Below, piece by piece: positions 8,772 to 16,542 of a DNA stretch of 52,988 nt (position 1 is its first letter; each line of letters opens with the position of its first letter). The stretch lies in the NCBI GenBank assembly GCA_050300995.1, contig JBNKYR010000001.1, forward strand, positions 1-52,988, written 5' to 3'. The notes under the pieces were generated by a model. It was given only the letters and a program-made list of their open reading frames with translations, ran no database searches and was not told where the DNA came from. Source of the DNA: Crocinitomicaceae bacterium. Lineage in GTDB: Bacteria; Bacteroidota; Bacteroidia; Flavobacteriales_D; Crocinitomicaceae. The position numbers and the translations under genes were made by a program.

Positions 8772-10847
8772 TCAATCCTTCAATTGCTCCAGGGCCTCAT
8801 TGACAGATGTGACAGGCATTTTACATGCCCTGTCCCGGCATACATAAATAGTGGTCTGACCATCAATGTACTTGCCTTCCAGCAAATCAAGAGTTCCTTT
8901 GGATGTAGTTCCGTAAAATAAAACGGACGGCAGGTAATGTTGGTCAAATTCCTTCCGCACCTGAAGAGCATCCTTGCCCACAATCGCCAACTCATAAGGT
9001 GACGAAGCCTGTAACATTTCGAGGCGGGCCCAGTTGGCATAATGAAACAGATCTTCTTCCACAAGGGTTGACATGGTTGCCGACATACGTTCGGACAAGT
9101 GCAGATAAGTGGTATCGTAAAAGTAGTGTCCCAATACGAAGAGATTGACGGCCATTTCAGAACCCGAGGAAGGAATAACCCCATCCGTGCGATCAATGTT
9201 TCGCGCGATCACGACTTTGGATTCGTTGTTGGTGTAAAAGAACATCCCTGAATCCGGATCCTGAAAGTGTTTGCGTGCGTATTCGGTCAATGTTCGTGCT
9301 TCCTTCAGCCAACTTTCATCAAACGTTGTTTCATACATATCGATCCATGCAGACACAACAAAGGCATAATCGTCCAAAAACGCCGATACATTTGATTTTC
9401 CATCCAGATAGCTGCGCGTCAAATCCCCGTTTCGATGAATAGCGTGTTTACGAAGAAAGGCGGCATTTTTTTTCGCAGCCTCCAAAAATGATTCTTCACC
9501 GAACACCCTGTATGCATCAAGGTACGCGCGCAACATCAGCGCATTCCAGGAAGTCAACTGTTTACGATCCACTGAAGGATGAACCCGCTTTTGTCGCTCT
9601 TTCAGAAGAATTTTTCGACAGCTTTCCAGACGCTGTTCCAGTTCCTCCAAAGAAATACCAAAGGTCTCCGCGATGGCTTGGTTCGATCGTGATCGGTATA
9701 GCACATTCTTTCCATCCTGCCAGGTTCGATACTCATAACAATTGTAGTACGCCGCAAACAGTTCCGCGTCGTCGCCCAGCAGCCTTTCAATCTCTCCCGG
9801 TGTCCAGACATAATATGCGCCCTCTTCACCGTCACTGTCCGCGTCAATGGACGAATAGAACCCACCCTCTTCTGAAGTCATTTCACGGGCGATAAAATCA
9901 AGCGTTTCATACACAACCTTCCTGTAGAGCGGATCTTTGGTGCGCTGCCAGGCATGCGTGTACAGGGAAACCATTTGGGCATTGTCGTACAGCATCTTTT
10001 CGAAATGCGGGATTTTCCATTCCCGGTCTGTCGAATAACGCGAAAAACCTCCCCCGACATGATCATAGATTCCTCCGTACACCATTTTGTTCAGTGTGAG
10101 TGTCACCAAATCCCTGGCCTGAGAAGTCCCGGTAATTTCACTGTAATGCAAAAGCGACTCCCACAAGACCGGCATCGGGAATTTTGGTTCTCCCTTCATG
10201 CCTCCTGCCAGCCAATCCAGTTCGGAGATCTGCCCGTCGACCATCTTTGTGATTGCCTGCATGGACAATCCACTACTTTTTTCTGTCGGCTCAACACCTC
10301 CAAGGCTTTTGACTCCCTGCGTTACTTTTTCGGCCTGCTCTTCCATTTTTCCCGGTTCTTCGTCCCGCAGGGAAATGAAATAATTGAGCAAACGCATCCA
10401 CTGATCGCGCTCAAAATAAGTTGCTCCGTAAAACGGCCGACCATCGGGAAGCGCAAAACCGTTCAGCGGCCACCCTGTACTTCCTGAGGTGAGCATTGCG
10501 GCATTCATAAAGACCTGATCAACATCCGGTCGTTCCTCACGGTCCACCTTGATGCAGACGAAATGTTCATTCATGATGCGTGCAACTGCGGTATCCGAAA
10601 AGCTTTCATGCTCCATCACATGGCACCAATGACAGGCTGCGTACCCCACACTGACGATCAACATCTTATTTTCTTTTCCGGCCTTTTCCAGCGCCTCCTC
10701 TCCCCACGGATACCAATTGACCGGGTTGTGTGCATGCTGTTGCAGATAAGGACTGCTCTCATGAATCAGGGCATTCGTGTACTGAGCGAACACACGGGGT
10801 CCCGCGAACGAAAGGAAAAAGGATAAAAAGAAAAGGATTCTCATCAT
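8772..10847 (-). CDS. Thioredoxin-domain protein (DUF255 / YyaL / SSP411-like), with signal peptide
   Basis: Start chosen at [23 protein letters not shown]-terminal [14 protein letters not shown]...[17 protein letters not shown] thioredoxin-like motif, followed by an alpha/alpha-toroid-like C-terminal part. Confidence 0.85.
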   Translation of the reverse strand: MMRILFFLSFFLSFAGPRVFAQYTNALIHESSPYLQQHAHNPVNWYPWGEEALEKAGKENKMLIVSVGYAACHWCHVMEHESFSDTAVARIMNEHFVCIKVDREERPDVDQVFMNAAMLTSGSTGWPLNGFALPDGRPFYGATYFERDQWMRLLNYFISLRDEEPGKMEEQAEKVTQGVKSLGGVEPTEKSSGLSMQAITKMVDGQISELDWLAGGMKGEPKFPMPVLWESLLHYSEITGTSQARDLVTLTLNKMVYGGIYDHVGGGFSRYSTDREWKIPHFEKMLYDNAQMVSLYTHAWQRTKDPLYRKVVYETLDFIAREMTSEEGGFYSSIDADSDGEEGAYYVWTPGEIERLLGDDAELFAAYYNCYEYRTWQDGKNVLYRSRSNQAIAETFGISLEELEQRLESCRKILLKERQKRVHPSVDRKQLTSWNALMLRAYLDAYRVFGEESFLEAAKKNAAFLRKHAIHRNGDLTRSYLDGKSNVSAFLDDYAFVVSAWIDMYETTFDESWLKEARTLTEYARKHFQDPDSGMFFYTNNESKVVIARNIDRTDGVIPSSGSEMAVNLFVLGHYFYDTTYLHLSERMSATMSTLVEEDLFHYANWARLEMLQASSPYELAIVGKDALQVRKEFDQHYLPSVLFYGTTSKGTLDLLEGKYIDGQTTIYVCRDRACKMPVTSVNEALEQLKD

Positions 10848-11124
10848 GTTGTGCAACCCCATAAAAGTCAGGCCCTCCATGCAAAAGTAGTGCAAATGAT
10901 CTCATCCTTGCCGGAACGCGCAAAAAGCCAACAAAACAAAACCTTCCCGTTATTATTTTTCGAAAGTCTTTTTGTTATCGCTGTATTAATTCTTTATCGA
11001 TCCAGATGAATCTGATCAAAAGGAAAACGTTCCTAAAACGTTTAATTCAACGAATCGAGGATTTAAATCCGAATTAATCTCCCCGGATGCCTGATTTTAC
11101 TGGCGTCAGAAAAGTTTCAATTGT

Positions 11125-11155
11125 TTTGAAAAAGCCTCTTGAAACCCTATTTTTG
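11125..11155 (+). promoter_or_regulatory. Candidate Bacteroidota sigma-A promoter (-33 TTTG / -7 TATTTTTG)
   Basis: TTTG at 11125-11128 and TATTTTTG (TAnnTTTG consensus) at 11148-11155, with a 19-nt spacer. Located upstream of the micro-ORF and the multicopper oxidase gene. Confidence 0.35.
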
Positions 11156-11196
11156 CCTTGAAATCAGTTATCTGATCACCTACTCAAACGCCTAAA

Positions 11197-11337
11197 ATGG
11201 AAAAATTCGTCCACGCATCTTTCGGATTGCTCTTTCAACCAAAACACAACGTTCGATTCCGCGAAAAAGTTACCGTACTTATCGTAACAGTACTTTTGAC
11301 CGTTGCCGGATTTTCATGGATCGGAGGCCTCATATAA
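11197..11337 (+). CDS. Possible 46-aa leader/membrane micro-protein (below the ORF-track cutoff)
   Basis: ATG..TAA ORF encoding MEKFVHASFGLLFQPKHNVRFREKVTVLIVTVLLTVAGFSWIGGLI with one TM-like stretch. It lies between the candidate promoter and the oxidase gene. No homology evidence. Confidence 0.25.
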   Translation: MEKFVHASFGLLFQPKHNVRFREKVTVLIVTVLLTVAGFSWIGGLI

Positions 11338-11375
11338 TTTCTTATTTCGGGCACAGGCACTGACCGCAGACAGAC

Positions 11376-11395
11376 AATGTAACCCGTGTTACATT
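11376..11395. promoter_or_regulatory. Perfect 8-4-8 palindrome AATGTAAC-ccgt-GTTACATT (operator or RNA hairpin)
   Basis: Read directly from the sequence, 44 nt upstream of the multicopper oxidase ATG. Confidence 0.4.
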
Positions 11396-11438
11396 TCCCC
11401 TCTGTATTTATTGGCACTTTCGGCCAAAATCAATCAAC

Positions 11439-13097
11439 ATGTACCGACTACCGGCTGTCTTTTTATTGTCTACACTTTCTGCCTTTGGGCAAAACCCTTT
11501 AACCATCCCTCCCACTATTGAAACAAGCAACATTCTGCTGACACTGCAGGAGGGCGTCACCCAATTTTATCCGGGTGTCATGACCAACACGATGGGGGCG
11601 AACGGAAGCCTGCTCGGCCCGACACTCATCATGAATCAGGGCGATTTTGTAAGTATTACAGTGGATAACCAACTTACCGATAGCACAACCATCCACTGGC
11701 ATGGTATGCACGTTTCCCCGGAAAATGACGGTGGACCGCATACGGTAATTGCTCCGGGAGCCTCCTGGAATCCACAGTTCACCGTAATGGATCAGGCCGG
11801 CATCAACTGGTATCACCCGCATCTGCACATGCAGACAAACAAACATACTTCACGGGGAATTGCCGGGTTGATCATTGTAAAAGATAACGACGAAGCAGCC
11901 CTTACGCTTCCACGTGATTACGGAACCGATGATTTTCCAATGGTCATTCAAACGAAAGGCTTTGATGCCAGCGGCCAGATCGAATGGATGTCGCACCTTG
12001 ACACCACGCTCATGGTGAACGGAACACGAAACCCATATCTGGATGTGCCGGCTCAAGTGGTACGTTTCCGAATTCTGAACGGATCATCACAACGCGCCTA
12101 CGAACTTGGTCTTTCCGGAAACCAGGCATTTAATCTGATCGGCACGGATGGCGGATTGCTCGAAGCACCGGTTAACCTCACCCGCTATCGGGTAGCTCCC
12201 GGACAACGTGCGGATGTACTGGTAGATTTGAGCGGAATGCAAGGACAAAACATCCAATGGATGAACTACGGTTCTGAGATCCCAAATGCCATTTATGGTG
12301 CTTCCCAACCGGGAATGATGGCTGGAATGTCACTTCCGGGCTACGCTTCAAATCCCTTGAACGGAAGTGATTTTGTGATCCTTGACCTGCAGATCGGAGC
12401 GCCAACTGCTTCGCCGGTAACAACAATTCCTGCAACATTAATCACACACAACATTCCGGCTGAGGCCACTGCAGATATTACACGAAATCTCACATTCACT
12501 ACACAGCAAAACATTCTTGGTCCATTCCTGATTAACGGAGCACCGTTCGATATGAGTGTGATCAATTATTCCATTCCGCTGGGAAATCGTGAAATTTGGT
12601 CATTGACCAATCAGACACCGATCGGGCATCCGTTCCACATTCATGACGTTCAGTTCTATATCCTGGATATTAACGGTGTAGCGCCACCACCGGAACTTCA
12701 GGGACTGAATGACGTTGTTCTTGTACCGGCCGGAATGGGGAACGTCCGATTCATCACCGAATTCAATGATTTTGCAAACGATCAGATCCCGTACATGTAT
12801 CATTGTCACATGCTGCAGCACGAAGACGAAGGGATGATGGGACAATTTATTGTGTATGATCCTGCGTCTGTGGACGAACAAGAGATCATCCCATGGCAGG
12901 TGTACCCGAATCCTACTCAGGAAGGCCAATGTACACTGGACCCTTCCGGAGCAAAGGGAACATTTCAGGTAGTTGATTTACAGGGGAGACTGATTGCTGA
13001 AGGAGAAGTGAACGCTATCCCCGTGGATATCGAAATTCCTCATGGTGTATATGTGATCCATTTCCAGGGAGCAACTCAACGACTCGTTTCCTTCTAA
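11439..13097 (+). CDS. Multicopper oxidase (laccase/CueO-like) with T9SS C-terminal domain
   Basis: Signal peptide MYRLPAVFLLSTLSAFGQ. All four Cu-ligand motifs are present: HWHGMH, WYHPHLH, HPFHIHD, HCHMLQHEDEGMM. C-terminal VYPNPTQ...VYVIHFQGATQRLVSF is CTD-like. Confidence 0.9.
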   Translation: MYRLPAVFLLSTLSAFGQNPLTIPPTIETSNILLTLQEGVTQFYPGVMTNTMGANGSLLGPTLIMNQGDFVSITVDNQLTDSTTIHWHGMHVSPENDGGPHTVIAPGASWNPQFTVMDQAGINWYHPHLHMQTNKHTSRGIAGLIIVKDNDEAALTLPRDYGTDDFPMVIQTKGFDASGQIEWMSHLDTTLMVNGTRNPYLDVPAQVVRFRILNGSSQRAYELGLSGNQAFNLIGTDGGLLEAPVNLTRYRVAPGQRADVLVDLSGMQGQNIQWMNYGSEIPNAIYGASQPGMMAGMSLPGYASNPLNGSDFVILDLQIGAPTASPVTTIPATLITHNIPAEATADITRNLTFTTQQNILGPFLINGAPFDMSVINYSIPLGNREIWSLTNQTPIGHPFHIHDVQFYILDINGVAPPPELQGLNDVVLVPAGMGNVRFITEFNDFANDQIPYMYHCHMLQHEDEGMMGQFIVYDPASVDEQEIIPWQVYPNPTQEGQCTLDPSGAKGTFQVVDLQGRLIAEGEVNAIPVDIEIPHGVYVIHFQGATQRLVSF

Positions 13098-13135
13098 GGA
13101 ATACTTTCTATCGCTTTAATTACGATTTTTTCTAA

Positions 13136-13180
13136 TTCAAAAGGCGGATACTGATTGATCGGTACCCGCCTTTTGAATTC
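13136..13180 (+). terminator. Rho-independent terminator of the oxidase gene
   Basis: Perfect 12-bp arms TTCAAAAGGCGG (13136-13147) and CCGCCTTTTGAA (13166-13177). The GC core GGCGG/CCGCC is followed by TTTT. Confidence 0.6.
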
Positions 13181-13184
13181 TCCG

Positions 13185-13265
13185 GAAAACAAAAATTCCA
13201 GGTGACGTTGACCGCAAGGCCAGTGTAGGCAGAACTGGCGATCCGGTGTGACTTCACCTGGAATT
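13185..13265 (-). terminator. Long composite hairpin plus T-tract, likely terminator of the vWA gene
   Basis: AATTCCAGGTGA (13194-13205) pairs with TCACCTGGAATT (13254-13265). Inner helices are ACCG/CGGT and GCCAGT/ACTGGC. On the minus strand the hairpin is followed by TTTTTGTTTTCC. Confidence 0.55.
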
Positions 13266-13359
13266 AATCCGTAATAATATTGTCAGACTCTTAGTCGTAC
13301 AATAACATAACGGGATACGCCAAAAAAAAGGTTGCCTGAAAATTTAACTTTCCTGAAAA

Positions 13360-14793
13360 TTATTTTTTTACTGCCCTTACCACCTTGCCGTCAACCGTTG
13401 TAAAATAGCTGTTTCCAAGGCGAAATTGTTTTCCAGGTTCAATGTTTCGCATTTCCAGATCCTGGTCAATTGTATGCACAGAACCTCCGGTATCAAGTGC
13501 CAGTTGAACATAATCAACATTGATCCCATCCGGATTTCCACAGACGATGATGTGAACCGGACGCTCAAGTTCGTAGGTAAGACTAAGATCACGTGGAGAT
13601 GCCCAATTGTCGGCAACCATCACTACTTCATTCACATCCGGAAACCTGAGAATTGCTTTCAGGGAAGCCTCTACATTATTCTCCGGACAATCACCTCCTC
13701 CTCCGGCGCGCATGGTTTCCTGCATTTTCCTGTAAACATCATCGAATGAACTGTTCTCTGTCATGTAGATTCCCTCCACCTTTCCCGTGATCTTGGAACG
13801 GTCACTCTTTCGGTCGCCATCGTTGAAAAAAGTGAAAGCACTCACCTGACTTTTCTTCTGGGTTTCTTTCACCCATGCCATTGTTTTGGCGATATACGGT
13901 GACATGCTTCCTGTCACGTCCATGACGACGAGTGTATTTTCCCAGCTCGGGTGCCGCTCAAACGTAGCTTTCACCGCATCGTATTCACGTGCATCGAAAA
14001 AGCCACCGTAAAGTGGTAATGCGCTACCCGCCGAGATCACACAGTAGGTGTATTCATAATCCACAGGCTTTTTCTTACCAGCATCCACCCACGTCCATTT
14101 CCATGAATACATGGCCAGCCTATCCAACTGCTGAATGCTATCACGAAACGCGCTGAATTGTTTTTCCGTCCCGTGGAACACTCCCGACACCTCTTCTTCA
14201 CATCTATCCATAATCGACTTTACTTCCTCTTCTTTGGAACGTGGTTCTGTGACATCGCTCTCTGTCAGGGCTTCCGCAAGAAATTCCCCTTCCAACGGAA
14301 CATCTGAAACTCCGCCCTTCAAAAATTCATCGATCTGCTTCAGTTCGGCATCAATGGATTCCGGTGTGGGGGCAGGACGATAATACACTACAAAACCATG
14401 AAACAATGAACGTGCGGTTTCCTCATTTGTGGTCTGCCCCTGCCCAATCATATGCCACTGTACGAGATCTCCCACTGTTGCCGGCCACGCACTTCTGAGC
14501 GCCTCCATTCGTTGCCTGTTCAGTGCCTTTTGATCAAAATCCGGATTTTCCCGGTTCAGTGAGTACACAAGGTCAACACGTTCAATTGTCAGCGATTTTA
14601 AATCTCCAGGCACAGATACCTTTAGCGCATGTTTGTCGAAATCACATGGGATGGTTATTGTGCGGAGTCCGGCATGAACCGTGCGCTGCTGATAGACATC
14701 TACCGTGTCGTATGTAACACTTGTTTGAGCAACTACCGGAAACACAAAAAGCAATAAGAGGAATGGTAACGTTTTCATAATTCGGTTTTCCAT
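13360..14793 (-). CDS. Secreted von Willebrand factor A (vWA) domain protein
   Basis: Signal peptide MENRIMKTLPFLLLLFVFPVVAQ (alternative start at 14778). MIDAS-like VVMDVTGSMSPY (DxTxS) in the C-terminal half. The N-terminal ~250 aa are unassignable. Confidence 0.65.
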   Translation of the reverse strand: MENRIMKTLPFLLLLFVFPVVAQTSVTYDTVDVYQQRTVHAGLRTITIPCDFDKHALKVSVPGDLKSLTIERVDLVYSLNRENPDFDQKALNRQRMEALRSAWPATVGDLVQWHMIGQGQTTNEETARSLFHGFVVYYRPAPTPESIDAELKQIDEFLKGGVSDVPLEGEFLAEALTESDVTEPRSKEEEVKSIMDRCEEEVSGVFHGTEKQFSAFRDSIQQLDRLAMYSWKWTWVDAGKKKPVDYEYTYCVISAGSALPLYGGFFDAREYDAVKATFERHPSWENTLVVMDVTGSMSPYIAKTMAWVKETQKKSQVSAFTFFNDGDRKSDRSKITGKVEGIYMTENSSFDDVYRKMQETMRAGGGGDCPENNVEASLKAILRFPDVNEVVMVADNWASPRDLSLTYELERPVHIIVCGNPDGINVDYVQLALDTGGSVHTIDQDLEMRNIEPGKQFRLGNSYFTTVDGKVVRAVKK

Positions 14794-14928
14794 ATAATGT
14801 CGGAGATCACAAAATGTAACCTTCGGTCGGCCCCGAAACCATCAAATGTCGTTCCACACCCAAAGAAAGTTGTTACCATTTCCAATCCGTGCATTGTTAC
14901 AATATATATTCACTAAAATCAAGAAAAT

Positions 14929-15108
14929 ATGAAACCAGGTATCAGTATTTTAGGCTATCTCGCCATCGCTCTCAGCACTACAGGAATTCTCTTTAAACTT
15001 CAACATTGGCCGGGCGCCGGAATTTTATTGATTCTGGGAATCGCCCTGCTCAACTTTGGTTTTTTACCACTGCTGTTTCTTTCAAAACTGCGCAAAACAA
15101 CAGCCTGA
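14929..15108 (+). CDS. 59-aa two-TM membrane peptide with GldL-N-like K.QHWPGA motif (missed by the 60-aa ORF cutoff)
   Basis: ATG 14929 to TGA 15106-15108. Encodes MKPGISILGYLAIALSTTGILFKLQHWPGAGILLILGIALLNFGFLPLLFLSKLRKTTA, followed by a strong terminator. Confidence 0.5.
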   Translation: MKPGISILGYLAIALSTTGILFKLQHWPGAGILLILGIALLNFGFLPLLFLSKLRKTTA

Positions 15109-15130
15109 AAGGGCAAATCTCATAGTCAGT

Positions 15131-15164
15131 AAACAGCCTTCTTCGGAGGGCTGTTTTATGTTTT
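15131..15164 (+). terminator. Rho-independent terminator (11-bp stem, UUCG tetraloop)
   Basis: AAACAGCCTTC-TTCG-GAGGGCTGTTT followed by TATGTTTT. Confidence 0.7.
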
Positions 15165-15207
15165 GTCTAAAAATAATACTTTTGACACCCGGTCAACCGA
15201 TCGTTTC

Positions 15208-15279
15208 GGCTCCGTAGTTCAAGGGATAGAATAGAAGTTTCCTAAACTTTAGATCCAGGTTCGAGTCCTGGCGGAGCCA
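15208..15279 (+). tRNA. tRNA-Arg (anticodon CCT)
   Basis: Cloverleaf folded by hand. Acceptor GGCTCCG/CGGAGCC, D arm GTTC..GAAT, anticodon stem GAAGT/ACTTT with loop TTCCTAA, T arm CCAGG-TTCGAGT-CCTGG, discriminator A. Confidence 0.9.
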
Positions 15280-15390
15280 CAATTCTCATTCTGAGAAACA
15301 AAACTATTGGGTTCTCAGCAAATTACATTGCATCTTAAAATTTGTACTTTTAACGTACGCTTCAGCGTTTTGAATTTTAACCGAAAAAAC

Positions 15391-15804
15391 ATGTTCGTAT
15401 CCCGTTTTCTGACCGTTTTAGCAATTTTCATTTTTTCGACTGCTTTCGGACAGCATTTTGAACATCTCGAAGACATCAAAGCGCCGGCTGATTTTGACAA
15501 TATTCATGTCATGAAACTGACTGAGGATTCGCTGCAAAGCACTTTTGTGATCTGGGTTAAAAAAGGTGTAAAGGAGCATTTTCACGCAGCGCATTCGGAG
15601 AACATCGTCGTGCTTGAGGGCGAAGGCATGATGAGTCTTGGCAATGAATTTTTCATGATCAAAGCGGGCGACTATGTGAACATTCCGAAGGGAACCCCTC
15701 ATTCTGTCACCCAGGTAATGTCTGACGTTCCGCTGAAGGTACTGTCTATCCAGTCTCCCCTTTTTGACGGCTCCGACCGCATCTTTATCGAACAACACCA
15801 ATAA
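15391..15804 (+). CDS. Cupin-domain protein with signal peptide
   Basis: ATG at 15391 (MFVSRFLTVLAIFIFSTAFGQ). Cupin_2-like motifs HFHAAHSENIVVLEGEG...GDYVNIPKGTPHSV. Confidence 0.75.
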   Translation: MFVSRFLTVLAIFIFSTAFGQHFEHLEDIKAPADFDNIHVMKLTEDSLQSTFVIWVKKGVKEHFHAAHSENIVVLEGEGMMSLGNEFFMIKAGDYVNIPKGTPHSVTQVMSDVPLKVLSIQSPLFDGSDRIFIEQHQ

Positions 15805-16395
15805 GTGAAACTCCCTCCGGAATATTACGAAAAGGAGGACGTGGTGGCATTGGCCCGGGACCTGCTCGGCAAAGTCCTTTGTACACGTGTTAACGGTGTG
15901 CTGACGCAAGGCATCATCCGGGAAACGGAAGCTTACAACGGAATCGTCGACAAAGCATGCCACGCTTTCGGAGGACGAAGGACTGCACGCACGGAGATCA
16001 TGTTTTGGAAAGGTGGACATGCTTACGTGTATCTCTGTTATGGCATTCATCATCTTTTTAATGTGGTTACCGGATCAGAAGACCAACCAACAGCCATCCT
16101 CATTCGGGGAATAGAACCTTTGGAGGGCATTGATGAAATGTTAAAACGCCGAAAGAAAAAGGATCCCCGAAAACTCGCATCAGGACCGGGTACATTGAGT
16201 CAGGCTCTGGGGATTCACACATCGCATACCGGGCTACCGCTGAACGGTGATCAAATCTGGCTGGAAGACCACGGCATCCTTCCTCCTTCGCACGAAATTA
16301 GATGTACCCCCAGAATCGGGGTCGACTATGCCGAAGAAGATGCCCTGCTGCCATACAGGTTCGTGTGGGAGGGAAGGTCAGATGTTAGATATTAG
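15805..16395 (+). CDS. mpg: DNA-3-methyladenine glycosylase (Mpg/AAG family)
   Basis: GTG start immediately after the cupin TAA. Motifs LARDLLGKVL, ETEAY, DKACHAFGGRRTARTEIMFWKGGHAYVYLCYGIHHLFNVV, GPGTLSQALGI. Confidence 0.85.
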   Translation: MKLPPEYYEKEDVVALARDLLGKVLCTRVNGVLTQGIIRETEAYNGIVDKACHAFGGRRTARTEIMFWKGGHAYVYLCYGIHHLFNVVTGSEDQPTAILIRGIEPLEGIDEMLKRRKKKDPRKLASGPGTLSQALGIHTSHTGLPLNGDQIWLEDHGILPPSHEIRCTPRIGVDYAEEDALLPYRFVWEGRSDVRY

Positions 16396-16416
16396 ATGTT
16401 AGGCGTTAGGTGTTAG
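16382..16416. repeat. Five tandem 7-nt units (ATGTTAG ATATTAG ATGTTAG GCGTTAG GTGTTAG)
   Basis: TTAG recurs at exactly 7-nt spacing (16385, 16392, 16399, 16406, 16413). The second unit supplies the mpg stop codon. A degenerate sixth unit AGGTCAG lies at 16375-16381. Confidence 0.85.
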
Positions 16417-16461
16417 AATTTGGAGCGCTTCGCTTTCAGAGATCAGACGAATTTAAATAGC

Positions 16462-16514
16462 TTTTCTTTTTGATTAATTTTTAATCGTTTTATGATTAGG
16501 AATTAATATATTTG
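16462..16514 (+). promoter_or_regulatory. Palindrome GATTAA-ttt-TTAATC plus -7 box TATATTTG upstream of dnaE2
   Basis: Perfect palindrome at 16462-16476. TATATTTG (TAnnTTTG) at 16507-16514, 29 nt before the ATG at 16543. Confidence 0.35.
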
Positions 16515-16542
16515 TTCTTCAGCCTCACTCAATTTTATCGTT

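Noticed and set aside
15418-16053. 211-aa minus-strand ORF over the cupin/mpg junction
   Set aside because: It overlaps two plus-strand genes with clear family motifs and has no motif of its own.
16382-16416. Heptamer array as a telomere-like or CRISPR-like element
   Set aside because: It is only 35 nt long with no spacers, and it overlaps a stop codon. It is reported only as a microsatellite curiosity.
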